A stretch of DNA of 64,000 nucleotides from assembly GCA_965112735.1 (NCBI GenBank), contig OZ218953.1, positions 4,836,001-4,900,000 on the forward strand. The letters run 5' to 3'. This document shows positions 23,417-34,633 of this stretch, piece by piece; the first letter of the stretch is position 1; each line of letters opens with the position of its first letter. The translations under genes and the position numbers were made by a program. Below the pieces are notes generated by a model. The model was not told the origin of the DNA and did no database searches. It was given only the letters and a program-made list of their open reading frames with translations. The stretch comes from Phaeosaccion multiseriatum (lineage: Eukaryota > Protista > Ochrophyta, other classes).

Positions 23417-25750
23417 ATGGCAGCAACAACAGTAAGTATGTCAGTGGCACAACGAGTGAAGGAGCTTGACGGGAAGTTTGGAGGAGGCGAGCCCATCGCA
23501 GCAGCAGGCCGACATGCCCACGATGGCGGCAAACAGAAGAGAGACAAGGCTGATTTGAGCGCCATGCGACGTATTTCGGCCATGAGTGCACCGTCTGCAG
23601 CGGAACTTGAGGCGCGATTGAGCGAAACAGAGAAGTTGTGGCAAGAAAGAGAGGGGGAGCAGCTCGAGGCTCTCACCGAAGGGGTGTACATTAGCGACGT
23701 GCTCGACCTGGTGGACACGGAAGCGACTGGCAAAGCGGCATATCTGGCAGCCTGTCACGGTGCTTGCCCTCTCGTGCCCCCCTCCGCAAGCGTTCTCGAT
23801 GGCTCCTACCGTGACAGCCTCAACCTAAGTCATTTCGGCCTGCTCGCCCGAGAGGGCGTACCCTTGGCTGCTCTCCTGAGAGACAATGGCTGCATCACAC
23901 ATCTCAACCTCTCGGACAATCGCATCGGCGACGAGGTTGGATCCCAGATTTTGGTGGCGCTGAGTCAAAATGAGAAGCGAGTTCTACTGCATCTGGACAT
24001 GTCGACCAACGGCCTTGGGCCGAAATGTGCAAAAATGCTCGAACGTAAGTGCTGCTAGGAAAGGAGTAAGAGAGGCCCAGCAAGGAACATCCCTGTTTCC
24101 TCCATTGCTCCTAAGCAGTAACGCTTGGAGCGTAGACCAAAAGAGTGTGTGATGCTCTTGGCCGTGTTGATTCCGTTTTCGCGGAGATTGTCCAAGCTAC
24201 GTGTTTCTCAAGCTCCGGACACTGCCTACTTGGCTCCGTGGTCCTTTTATTCTCCGTCCTGCGCAGCTGTGCCCTCTGCTCTGACGTGTCGCTGAGCTTC
24301 CTCGATGCTGACAACTGTGTAGGCACGACGACCTCTCAACCGCCTCCCTCCCTCCCTCCCTCCCTCCCTCCCTCCCTCCCTCCCTCCCTCCCTCCCTCCC
24401 TCCCTCCCTCCCCTCCCTCCCTCCCTCCCTCCCTCCCTCCCTCCCTCCCTCCCTCCCTCCCTCCCTCCCTCCCTCCCTCCCTCCCTCCCTCCCTCCCTCC
24501 CTCCCTCCCTCCCTCCCTCCCTCCCTCCCTCCCTCCCTCCCTCCCTCCCTCCCTCCCTCCCTCCCTCCCTCCCTCCCTCCTCTCTCCCTCCCTCCTCCCT
24601 CCCTCCCTCCGTCCCTCTCCCTCCCTCCTCCCTCCGTCCCCTCTCCCTCCCTCCTCCCTCCCTCCCTCCGTCCCTCTCCCTCCCTCCTCCCTCCCTCCCC
24701 TCTCCTGCCCCTAGCCATGCTGGACAATTCCAACAGTCGGTTACGGGAATTAGTCTTAGCCAACAACAGACTGAGCGACAAGGTCATCACCCACCTCGCC
24801 GACTCGCTTGTCGTCAACACGTCCCTGAAGCTCTTGGACGTCTCTGCCAACAAACTCTCCACCTTGGTGGGTCGGCAACTCGCCAACTTCACAGAGAACA
24901 TAACGGGACTAAAGACACTCAAGATGGGGTGGAACGCCTTCAGCAACCAAGCCTTCTTGCCGAGCGTCAAGCACTACTCTACTCTCAGCCTGAAGAGTCT
25001 GGATGTGAGTCACATCGGAGTGGGGGATGAGGTCGCAGTGGCCTTTGCGCAGCTCGTGCTTGGACGAGGGGGGCTTCTAGCTCCTGCTGCTGCTCGTGCA
25101 TCCAGTGCTGGTGCGGACGGTGCGGACAGCGACGACAGCAGTGATAGTAGCAGTTATAACACGGGCTGTCACCGCCTCACGGAACTCAATCTGAGTCACA
25201 ACAAGGTGAGAGGCGTCACTCAACAGGGGGGGTGCGCCGTGTGCCAGTCATCCGGAATACGAGCTGAGATACGCATGTACACAGATACGCACACACACAC
25301 AACACACACACGCATACACACACACATGAGCGCCATCCTTCTTCAAATTCGTCATGTCTAAAACGTTAGTCTCTTACTTCTCCCTTGCTTGCCTTGTTCT
25401 TCTCCCATGCCCTCTCGTTGCGTGTGTGTTGTTTTCTCTCTCCTCTCCTCTCCTCTCGCCCCCCCCCCCACCCCGTACTGTCAAGCAGATTGGAGAGCGT
25501 GGGGCCACAGCGCTGGCAGCAGTGCTCGGTTCTGAGGGCGTGCTGCGGCGCCTCGATCTCAGCTCCAACCCACACATCGGGCTGGGAGGGACCCTCACTC
25601 TACTTGAGGCACTGCATCAACCCTCCACCTCTGTCACTTGGATGGGGCTCCGCGAAACCCTCTCCTACCTCCCCGCCCCTGCCAAACCGCTCCGGAATAG
25701 CTTCGGGGTGTCGGGGGAGATGCAGCAGCAGTTGGAGGCAGCGGCAGAGG

Positions 25751-25785
<35 letters not shown>

Positions 25786-26313
25786 GCTGCCGCCGCCGCC
25801 TTGGAAGGAGGGTCAGAAGCCGTAGGAGTGGAAGGGGCGAGGAAGGCTGTTGGGCCGGCAGGGGCGGGGAAGAAAGGTGGCAAGAAGGGGCAGCAGGCTC
25901 CGCCGAGGCTCTGGACTAAGCATGACCTTGCGCACATACTAGCGGAGAAGCAGAATGCGAACCAACTGCCCGGTGTGAAGGGTGGCGGCAGAGGCTTTTC
26001 GGCCGAGGGCGGAGGAGCTGGGAGCGGAAGCGCCGCCAGTGGCGACCCCCCCCGCTCGAAAGGCACGAGAAGCGAGCAGCAGCCAGCCTACTGCAATCCT
26101 GCGAGCTGGCAGCTCCGAGCCAACGCCTTGTCTCTGTCCAGTCTGCAGCAGCAGCCGCTGCGCGTGCAGGACCAGGTGCGGCATTTGGCTACAAAGGCCG
26201 TCCGAGCAAGAAGAGAAGCAAACGACGACGTGGAGCTTGTGGTGGAGCTCGAGTCAGGGTCCTTGGCGAGTGTGCTCGATGCTGCCAGTGTAGCAGTATG
26301 CGACCGCTCATAG
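23417..26313 (+). CDS. RNI-like leucine-rich repeat protein (exons 23417-24044, 24715-25205, 25489-26313)
   Basis: Repeats ITHLNLSDNRIGDE, LHLDMSTNGLG, LRELVLANNRLSD, LKLLDVSANKL, LTELNLSHNK|IGERGA, LRRLDLSSNPHIG. Splice phases are consistent. Confidence 0.85.
24344..24710. repeat. (CCCT)n microsatellite filling LRR intron 1
   Basis: About 240 bp perfect, followed by degenerate CCCT units up to the acceptor at 24714. Confidence 0.95.
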
Positions 26314-26379
26314 CGATGGCGGTTTGTCAAAATTGAGTCTATTCTTTGGCGGTCTTTGACGGGAAAGAGTCGCGATGCA

Positions 26380-27696
26380 TCAGATGATGCCCTCATCCCG
26401 GAGGTGGCCTGTATAGAGTATGGGAGGTCGCTCCGACCCTTCTTTCCCTGGCAGCGGCCGCTTCCCCCCCCCCCACCCGCTCATGGACGGAACTTCGCAG
26501 ATGGCAAGGTCGTGGTCTCCAGCAGGCTGATGGAGAGGCGTGTTGTGCGCAAAGCGAGGGATGAAAGCAGTGGAGAGGTGAGGGCGGAAAGGTGGGTGGA
26601 AACAGCAGCAGGGCAGAGTGCCAGCGATGGGTGTGGTGTTTTCACGGCCGAACACAGTTGTTTCCCTTTGTGTAAGCCTAACAAAAAGCACTCACGAGAA
26701 GAGTGTCGAGGCGAACCGTGACGTAGGCGGCGCAGTCTGGCAGCAAGCGTAACCTGTCGTCCAGCACGAACACGCCGTCCAGTGTCGTCCACTTGAAGCC
26801 GGCGAGGGCGGAGTACGCCGCTTTGTCCATGTCCTTGCCGCTGCGCTTGCCGAACGTCCCCACCAAGGGCACATGGTCTTGCGTCTGCGCCAAAAACAAA
26901 AGAGGGGAGTGGGGGCGCATATAATCCATCTACGCTCACAAGCACGCATGTGCATGACTCAAAAAAAGGAAAGCAACAGGGAGCGGCGAACGACCAGAGA
27001 CGAAGCATGTCCTTCTCTCACTTCTTCTGTATGCTCCTCCCAAAGCCAGCCCGACCTCTTACCATCCACTGCAATACGCCCCACTTCTGGGCGACAAGGT
27101 TGTCGTGGCTGAGAGTGTCCTTGAAGAGCGAAATTGCCCATTTCCTTCTCGGTCGAGTGCTGATGGGAGTTGCGTAGGTGACGATATTCATGTTGGTCTT
27201 TCCCTTCTCGTCAATCGTTGCCAAGGAATACACAGGGGCGCTCAGCTTAGAGACACGTGGCACACAAGGGAAAGCAACGTCAGAGGGTTATCGGGTGGGC
27301 GAGTGGGTAGAGAACAAGCGCGTGGGCTGGTGTTTGTGCACGTGTGTGGAGCACACAAGCGACACAAGTAAAGGCGACATCAGAGGGTTTGTGGATGAAC
27401 GAGTGGGATGTGGGAAGCGGTAGCTCCTGTCAGTGGTATACCTGTGGTGGTTCGTCCAGAGGATGGACAACCTTTTCCTTCTCCTGCTCATTATCAACAT
27501 TGTCAGAGGCCTTGCCCGGGAGCTCCATCCTCCTCCTCTTCCTGGTCTCGAAAGGCCTGCCTTTTAGAGGGTATGAGGTTGAAGGAGGCACCAGGGCAAT
27601 TCGACTACTGCAGCTAACACTAGCAACTAAAGGAACTTGGACGAAAGCCGCCACATCAAGCAGTAGGAGCGCGCAAAGAAGCAGGAGCTGTTGCAT
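26380..27696 (-). CDS. Flavin-reductase-like (FMN split-barrel) protein, plastid-targeted, multi-exon
   Basis: Signal peptide ending VAA-FV; APVYSLAT...TNMNIVTYATPIS, TLSHDNL, LVGTFGKRSGKDMDK, LLPDCAAY; last exon 26526-26380 encodes AGDHDLAICEV...LYTGHLR. Confidence 0.8.
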
Positions 27697-27922
27697 GATA
27701 ATGGAGAGATTTATGGAGAGGGGGCGTTGGTATAAACGTTCGCCAACTGTGAAGCTCTCTTATTTTATTCGATCTGCTCGAGGGCTAAGTTCCCCGGGGC
27801 GGTGAGACATTACTTTTAGACAACCATAGATGGCACTTAAGGGTGTAATATATAATACGATCTGCTCTTTATTTTTATTTTTTTTTGAACCACGGGAGCT
27901 AAAATAGGGCTGGAGAAAAACG

Positions 27923-28092
27923 CGGACCACGGACCAGACCACGTTACGAGTGGTATTTGGTCTGGTTGGGGGGGTGTCATGTGGTTTGGTCCATGGTTTG
28001 GTCTCTTGGGTGGCGGCCCGACCGTGGTTTGGTTTGATCCGTGAAAATATATTGCCAAAGTGATCTGGTTTTGTGGTCTGGTCCGTGGTCCG
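27923..28092. repeat. 170-bp element with a perfect 20-bp inverted repeat and internal GGTTTGGT repeats (MITE-like)
   Basis: CGGACCACGGACCAGACCAC (27923-27942) / GTGGTCTGGTCCGTGGTCCG (28073-28092). A hAT-like TAGGGCTG occurs at 27905. Confidence 0.6.
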
Positions 28093-28282
28093 GCGAGTGG
28101 TTCAGCATTTTTTTCTTTCCCTCTATCCCTCCCTACAGTCTATTCAGCGCGGTGGGAGGAGGTTGTTCTCTTAGGTTCTTGTGTCTGAGACTTGTTGGAG
28201 CTAAGCACGGGGACTGTGTGGCACGCCTCCCTGTTGAGTCAAACAATTTTTTTTTCTCTATTAGTTAGCTATCTATCAATGT

Positions 28283-29378
28283 CTATTCGGTGACGTTTCC
28301 GGCCTCGCGAGCCTTCTGGTACTCAGCGAAGGACATGGAGGGGCGGATGGGGTCTGCGCAACAGCGGGGACAGAGGGAGGGACGAAAGCACGCAAGAGAG
28401 AGGAAAAATTAAAAATTAGGACATGGTCTGGCCACTCCACATCGCGTGTTCTGTCGGGGGTCTCTGAAATTCTTATTAAGGGTAGTAGCACAGAGCAGGC
28501 TTTCCAACCCAAACCCCTCTGTATGCCCTCCCCCCCTCCACCTCGGACACATGCCACACAGAGAAAATAACAGAAGCCAGGGCTTCAAATACACTCCTCG
28601 CGCTCGACTTACCCTTGTACTTTCCCTCACCGGGGAAGTAGCCGTTGGGGTCACAGCAGTTGCCGTTGGCGTCACGCACATCGGGGTCGAAGTTGGTCTC
28701 CGATCGGGGCAGGTTGGGGTTGTACATGGACTTGACATCGGCCTTGGCGGCGTCGTTCCACTCCTGTCCGTCGTACTTTCCTTCTCCGAACAGAGCAGTC
28801 CTCTGCGAAAGGAAGGGAGCAAAGGAAGAGAACGGAATGAGAGACAAAAGGAAGGGAGGGCAAGAGAGGGGTCAGGGCCATACAATCATATCTATGGGTT
28901 CCCCCGGGCATACCATACTGTAAAGGCCGTGGGGAAAGCTGGTGTATCCTGTAAAGGCCGTGGGGAAAGAGAGTGGAAGCCGCCCCAGCAGAGACCGCCG
29001 CAGCAGCAGCCGCCGCACCGCAGCCAGGGAGTGACAGGCGAGCAAAGACCGACCCATCAACGCCGGGATTCCCCCTTCTTCACGCGCATACCCTTTTCTT
29101 CAACTCTTCAGCTTTTGCAGGTCTGGCAGCAACAGAGGCGGCGGCCGCCGCAGCCGCCGCAGCAGCCACCGAGCGCGGCGCAAGCCACAGGCGAAGGGAG
29201 GCGCCGCTGCATCCCTCTCCCTACGCGCATACTCCTCTTCAACTCCTTCGCCTCAATCATTCATCCCCCTACAAAAATCTTTCGCAGTAAGACTCACCAT
29301 CATGCCGGGGTTGACGGGCGCCAGGAAGGCGGAGGCGGAGGTGGCCAGGACGGCGACGAGGGCGATGGAGAGCTTCAT
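28283..29378 (-). CDS. Small plastid-targeted protein of unknown function (3 exons: 29378-about 29298, about 28801-28613, 28353-28283)
   Basis: Textbook bipartite leader MKLSIALVAVLATSASAFLAP; mature part YNPNLPRSETNFDP...NCCDPNGYFPGEGKYK|DPIRPSMSFAEYQKAR; strongly C/G-ending codons. Confidence 0.8.
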
Positions 29379-29599
29379 GATTAAGGTTGGGTTGACAGAT
29401 GAAAAATAGAAATAGAGATGTATTGTGGGCCCTTCATTCCCCTCCAACAACCCTCCCCAACGTTATGCGTACGCACGCACAAAGTTTCAGTTCTGCGGGA
29501 TAGAACGAAGTTTCCTATACGTCGTATCCTCCATCCCTTCCCCCTCTTTTTTTCTTTACGACCCTTAAATGCGGTAGAGGGGGGCCGCCGCGAGCCAAG

Positions 29600-31918
29600 A
29601 TGCGCAGGACAAGCGCGAGTGTGAATAAGCTGTACAGTGGGGGGCCGGACGGGGAGGGGGAGTGGGGAAGGCACCCCCATGATGCCGACAACCTCGGGTT
29701 GAACCTCGGCTTGGCGACTGCGAGCTCGGGCGACATGGCGTACAGTGGCTTGGACTTGCAGGGGCAGGAGGAGGGGAGCAGGAGGGGCGGGGAGCAAGGG
29801 CGGAGGGTGCTGTTTCGGATGCACAAGTTCGTCTTCGAGTGGGAGCTTGCGGTTCACGTCATGCTGTGCATGGGAAGGTGGGTTTGATTTGCTGGAGGCG
29901 AGAGGCCAACGGTGGCAGCAGCACGGGCCCAAGTGCACGTGCGGCTTTTCTGTGGACAAGTGCAAGGGCATCAATCTGGCTGGTGGTGACGAGCTTTCCC
30001 CCTCCGTGTCCCTGCGTGCGTGCGTGCGTGCCTGCCTGCCTGCCTGCGTGTCGCTACTTGCACAGCATTGTTATCCCCTTCTCTCTCTCCGGCCGGGCGT
30101 GGCTGGCTGCCATTCCGCTGACGGTGTGGTTCTGCTACAATGCCATGTTCTGCATCGGGGCCAAGAGAGCCAACTCCATAATCCCGAGGTGAGACGAGGC
30201 AGGGGCTAGGTTTGCGGTTCCTTGCGGGCCTGTGAGACTACACCTCACCGTTTTCCCTGAGACCAACCAACCAACCAACTAGACGATGCCCTCCTTCCTG
30301 TCTGCCTCCCTCCCAGCTTCGACAAGGCCAAGCGCAGCCTGGTGTCGTCCATGGAGGAGTTCCTCCCCCCCCGCTTGTTGCCAGTGCTGTCCCTCTCCTT
30401 CGTCACGGTGGTGTTGGCGACGGCGGTCAGTGCGGCCAAGCTTGGAGGACCGCCTCTGTGCTTCCATAGCTGCGGTATGTGCCTGGCAAGCTGGTAAGTC
30501 GGGCTGCCCAAGACGGGATCCAGTCCTTTTAAATCAGAATGCACTTGTGAGCCTGGAATGGGAGGAAGGAGGAAAGGAGTGGCAGCCAGGAGGAAAGGAG
30601 CAACAGAGATGAGAGCAAGTCAGGACTGGTTCCGAGTGTTACACCCGTCCATACTACAACTCATGGCCAACGTGCCCTCCCCCCCCCTCTCCTTCTCCCT
30701 TCTCCCTCTCCCCGACAGGAAGAACGCCAAGAGACTGGATGATTTGAGTTTCATAGACAGCTCCTCCGCATGCGGGTACGCCAATGGTAAGCACATGTTG
30801 GCATTCTACACGGTTAACCAGAGTGCCATTGTCATCTACATGGCCGTGATGGTGGGCCTTCTCACGTGCCTGGCGTGGAAGGTACGAAGGACGGCGCTGC
30901 CTTGTCATGTGCTCGGCGCCCAGCAGAGGCCAGAGGAGAGGGGGGGTGGGAGGGGTGGATAGAGTGCAGTGGCAACACGCCATCGCGAGAGGAAGGGCAA
31001 GTATCAAACTGTGCCCTCGTGTGAGTATCTTCCCCTCGTCTTGCGTATCTCCTTGCTGCGGGGATGGTGAGGGGGGAATTACGGACAAGCATCCAATTGT
31101 TTGTGTGGAATGGTGTTCCCACTGCTCTTTCTTTCTCGTGTACCCCCATATCGTCTGGACGTCCTGATGTGTCCGTTGTCTGTGGAGGGGACGGAGCGGG
31201 CACGGATCCTCTCTTGTCCTCTCTTCACCCTCTCGTCTTGACCTCTGTTGACCCCTCTTGTCTTCTCTTCGGCCTCTCTTGGACCTTCTGTGTCAGGTGT
31301 CCGACGAAGAGCTCGCCAAGTGCCAAGGCGCGGAGGCATGGCTCAAGGGCTACAATCCTGTGGCCTACGACATGAGAGAGCTCATGATCCGGCAGCTGGG
31401 CAAGCCAGGTGAGGTGATGGTTGGAGACAGACGACTACTCATGATCCGATGGCCTTGGGAGGGACAGGGGAATGGTTGAGTCCATCGTCCGGCTTCACCC
31501 CCCCCCTCTCGACCTTCGTTCCTTGGGTGACTCCTATAAGTCAATAAACACCCCCCCCTCAATTCCCTCCCTCCTCCTCTCAACCCTCCTGCTGCCCAAC
31601 ACTTTGTGCGGAATGAACCCAACCCACATTGTGGACGCACATACCCTTTCCACTCTCTCCTCCCCTGCTGACAACAGGGTCTGCAGTAAGACCTGATGCC
31701 AACGCGACCTGGTTGGCGTTTGGCTTTGTCGCCGCCTTCACCTTCACCATCATCGGCTGGAAGAAGTGGGGCGACTTGCCGTCCTCCACCACTGCCCTGC
31801 TGGTGGTGGGCGTGAATGTTGTAGTCATCTTTGTGAGCGTGCTGTTGCTGCACATGGGCTTCTACGGACGGCTCATCGCCCTCTACCAAGGCAACTTGAG
31901 CAGAGTGCAGGTGTGTGT

Positions 31919-31950
<32 letters not shown>

Positions 31951-33725
31951 TTGTGTGTTTGTGTGTGTGTGTGTGTTTCCGGCAGAAAGGAAGGAGATCA
32001 GGTGCTCGCATTTCTGCCCCTTCTTTACATCCCCTCTCTCTTCCTTGTCCTCTCCGACACGCGTCTCGCTGCTGCTGATGCTTTTGCTGCTGGGCCCCAC
32101 AGTTCCTCACCAAGCTGTTTCGGGACAAGAGTGCGGAGATGGAGAGCGGTGTTTCCGTGTCGTACGCTTGGTGGGCCATCAGAAGCTTCGTCTTGCGCGG
32201 TGAGGAGGGCGGCGGGGCGAGGAGGCGAGCTGCCGCGTTGGAAATCCTTCTCACGGAGCCCACCATTTTCCCATGGAAGTTTACCTTACTCCCCCTTCCA
32301 CGCCTTTCTCATCTCCCACCCAACCCACCCACAGAGGACCTGTCTCTGGACTATGACATTGGAGGGCTCGGTGTGAGCGCGACCATCGTCATCGTAGTCA
32401 TCTCTTTCGTCGTGGCCATCGTGCAGGTCCGTCGGTTCGAGGGGAAGGTGGCAAGGAGAGGGAGCGAGGGTGGCCAAAGGCCGGGGGGAGGGAGAGGGAG
32501 TGAGGGTGGCCAAAGGCCGGGGGGGGGAGGGGGAGAGGGGGAAGAGGAGGGGCTGCACGGATGGTCAACGGACGAGGTGCGGGTGGAAAGGGGTGATGTC
32601 ACTCCAGAAGGCCTGTGCTTCAATTCAAGCCTTCAAGCATTCCGCTTGCTGCAGCCTGGTCATGGGTACTTACCCCCTCCTCCTCTACTGCTGCTGCTCC
32701 TCCTACTACTGCTGCTTTCGTGGCGCAGATTTACGGTGAGGGATTGAATGCTATTCTAAGCCCGCCGGGGAGCTATTGTGCCTACGCATCAGTGTACCTC
32801 ACAGCCTGCCTCATTCGGATATTCAGTTTCGCCACCAAGGTGTGTTAACGCAGGCAAGGCAGGGTATGGTGCCTGCCCTATCTGCCTGCATACTGTACGT
32901 CCTCCTTTGTTGTTCCGTCTGCTGGTGCCAGATCTGCCTCCTTTATACTATGCGTCCATCTCCTTTCCTCCATTCTGTCATACCATGCGCTCCCTCCTCT
33001 GGGTTTGTTCTGGCGTTTTGCCCTTTCCAACCCCTGCCATGCCGTTTCGTTTTGCTTTGCCGTACAGACTTACTTGGAGCAACAAAGTCACATTTCTCTG
33101 CTGCAAACGAGCTTGGACGGGATGAAGGAGGTGGTGAATGCAGCAGCTGCGTTACAGCAACCTGCGGAGGAAGGGGGCAAGGGCAAGGGCAAGGGCAAGG
33201 GCAAGGGCAAGGGCAAAGAGGACAGCACGACTGACGCCTCGCACACCACGCGCGCAGCCATCGCGTCACTGCAGAGCATGGTTACGCAGGTACAGTGTGG
33301 GCGTGTACATGTGTTGGGGAGGGGGGGGATGCCGAAGGTCGCAAAGCCCCCTCTTGCACCCCCGTCTCTTTTCCCCTCTTCGTTTCGGGTTGTTCCTAAT
33401 CGACAACCGCTCACCCCTCTTTGCCTGTTCTGGAACGGCCGTGTGTGCCTGTGTATGTGTGTGTGTGCGTGTGTATGTATGCGTGCGTGTGTGCGTTGTG
33501 TGTGCGTGTGTGTGTTTGTGCGTGTGTGTGTTTTTGTGTGTGTGCGTTTGTGTGGGTGTGTGCACGTGTATGTGTGCCCAGGTGAAAGATTCGGATCCTT
33601 ATCCCTGCGTGCTTGGCATTCCCGTCAAGCCCGCTCTGTTCGCCACTTCCAAAGTCTATGTCTTTCTCTGCTTTGCCGTCATCAGCACCAAGCTCATGTA
33701 CAACCTCATCACGAGTCTGGTGTGA
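29600..33725 (+). CDS. Multi-exon polytopic membrane protein, function unknown
   Basis: Many short GT-AG-bounded exons encoding hydrophobic helices (e.g. SAIVIYMAVMVGLLTCLAWK, WLAFGFVAAFTFTIIGWKKW, KVYVFLCFAVISTKLMYNLITSLV*). Start codon and exact model uncertain. Confidence 0.6.
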
Positions 33726-34633
33726 CAAGAGTGGAGTGGGGAAGTGAGTCATCAGCTATCAGGATTGATTGATTCAGGGCGGTGCGTGCAGCTTGGGTGG
33801 TGCAGAGAGATGGGAAGGCCAGGCCAAGCCACAAATCAGCGTTCCTGTGGAAGGGGACGGACTAATCAATGCTGTCAGCCATGTGCAGCACACATGGGGA
33901 GCAAAAGAGCAGATTGAGCGCAGGCAATACCTGGGCTTTTCCGTCCGCGCCTTCGCTCTACGCGTCTTCGAGGTGGCCTTTGGAGGCACCGAACAATTGA
34001 TTTCTCAAGATGATTCGCTCTCTTGAACGGGCGGGCAGGCTGCTGTGCACCTGTGTGTCAGTGGTCACTGCCCGCAAGGGTCGCAGACCCTTTTCAGCGG
34101 AAGTGCGCCTGAGCCCTCAACGCCGCTTCCACGCGAGTCCCTTCCCCTGCTCCGAGCTGCAATTGAGGAGGCTCACGACAGTGAGTGTGAGCGTGAGCGG
34201 CGATGGTAGGGACACCAATGAAGCACACGCAGCACGCCTTCGCAAGCGGTAACGATCGGAGGCGACTCAGGAGGGGGTCTGCGTGCCTACCGCGTCTACG
34301 CTCCAGTGAACTTGCTGGGGGGTCTATCGCAGCCCCCCTTTGCCGCCGCCGAAAAAGCTCGAGATGGGCACTCCAGAGCCGCACGGGTAGGGAGCATCTG
34401 CTCAGCCTGCGCGCACCTTTTGGGAGAGAGAGGGGGGAGGGAGGGATATCTGTCGTGCAATGCGCGTGATACCCTCGTGGAAGCTGTCGAGATATGCGGC
34501 GTCCTGAACCGATGCGTTGTTCAGTGCACACAAGCTTTTCCTTGGTTGTTGTTGGACGACAAACTAGGCGTGCACTGCTCTCGTACAAACGTTCCTTTTT
34601 TTTGGCAGTGTTAAGGAATGGGGGGGGAAATTT

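Noticed and set aside
24145-24970. PPSL / GGRE repeat ORFs
   Set aside because: Translations of an intronic (CCCT)n microsatellite.
26356-26721. Plus-strand ORF as the last exon of the LRR gene
   Set aside because: It overlaps the last exons of the minus-strand flavin-reductase-like gene (GDHD motif), and the obvious acceptor is in the wrong phase.
28916-29289. Possible TA-flanked MITE in the intron of the small plastid gene (21-bp direct duplication at 28918/28949)
   Set aside because: The end-to-end inverted match is too short and degenerate to support.
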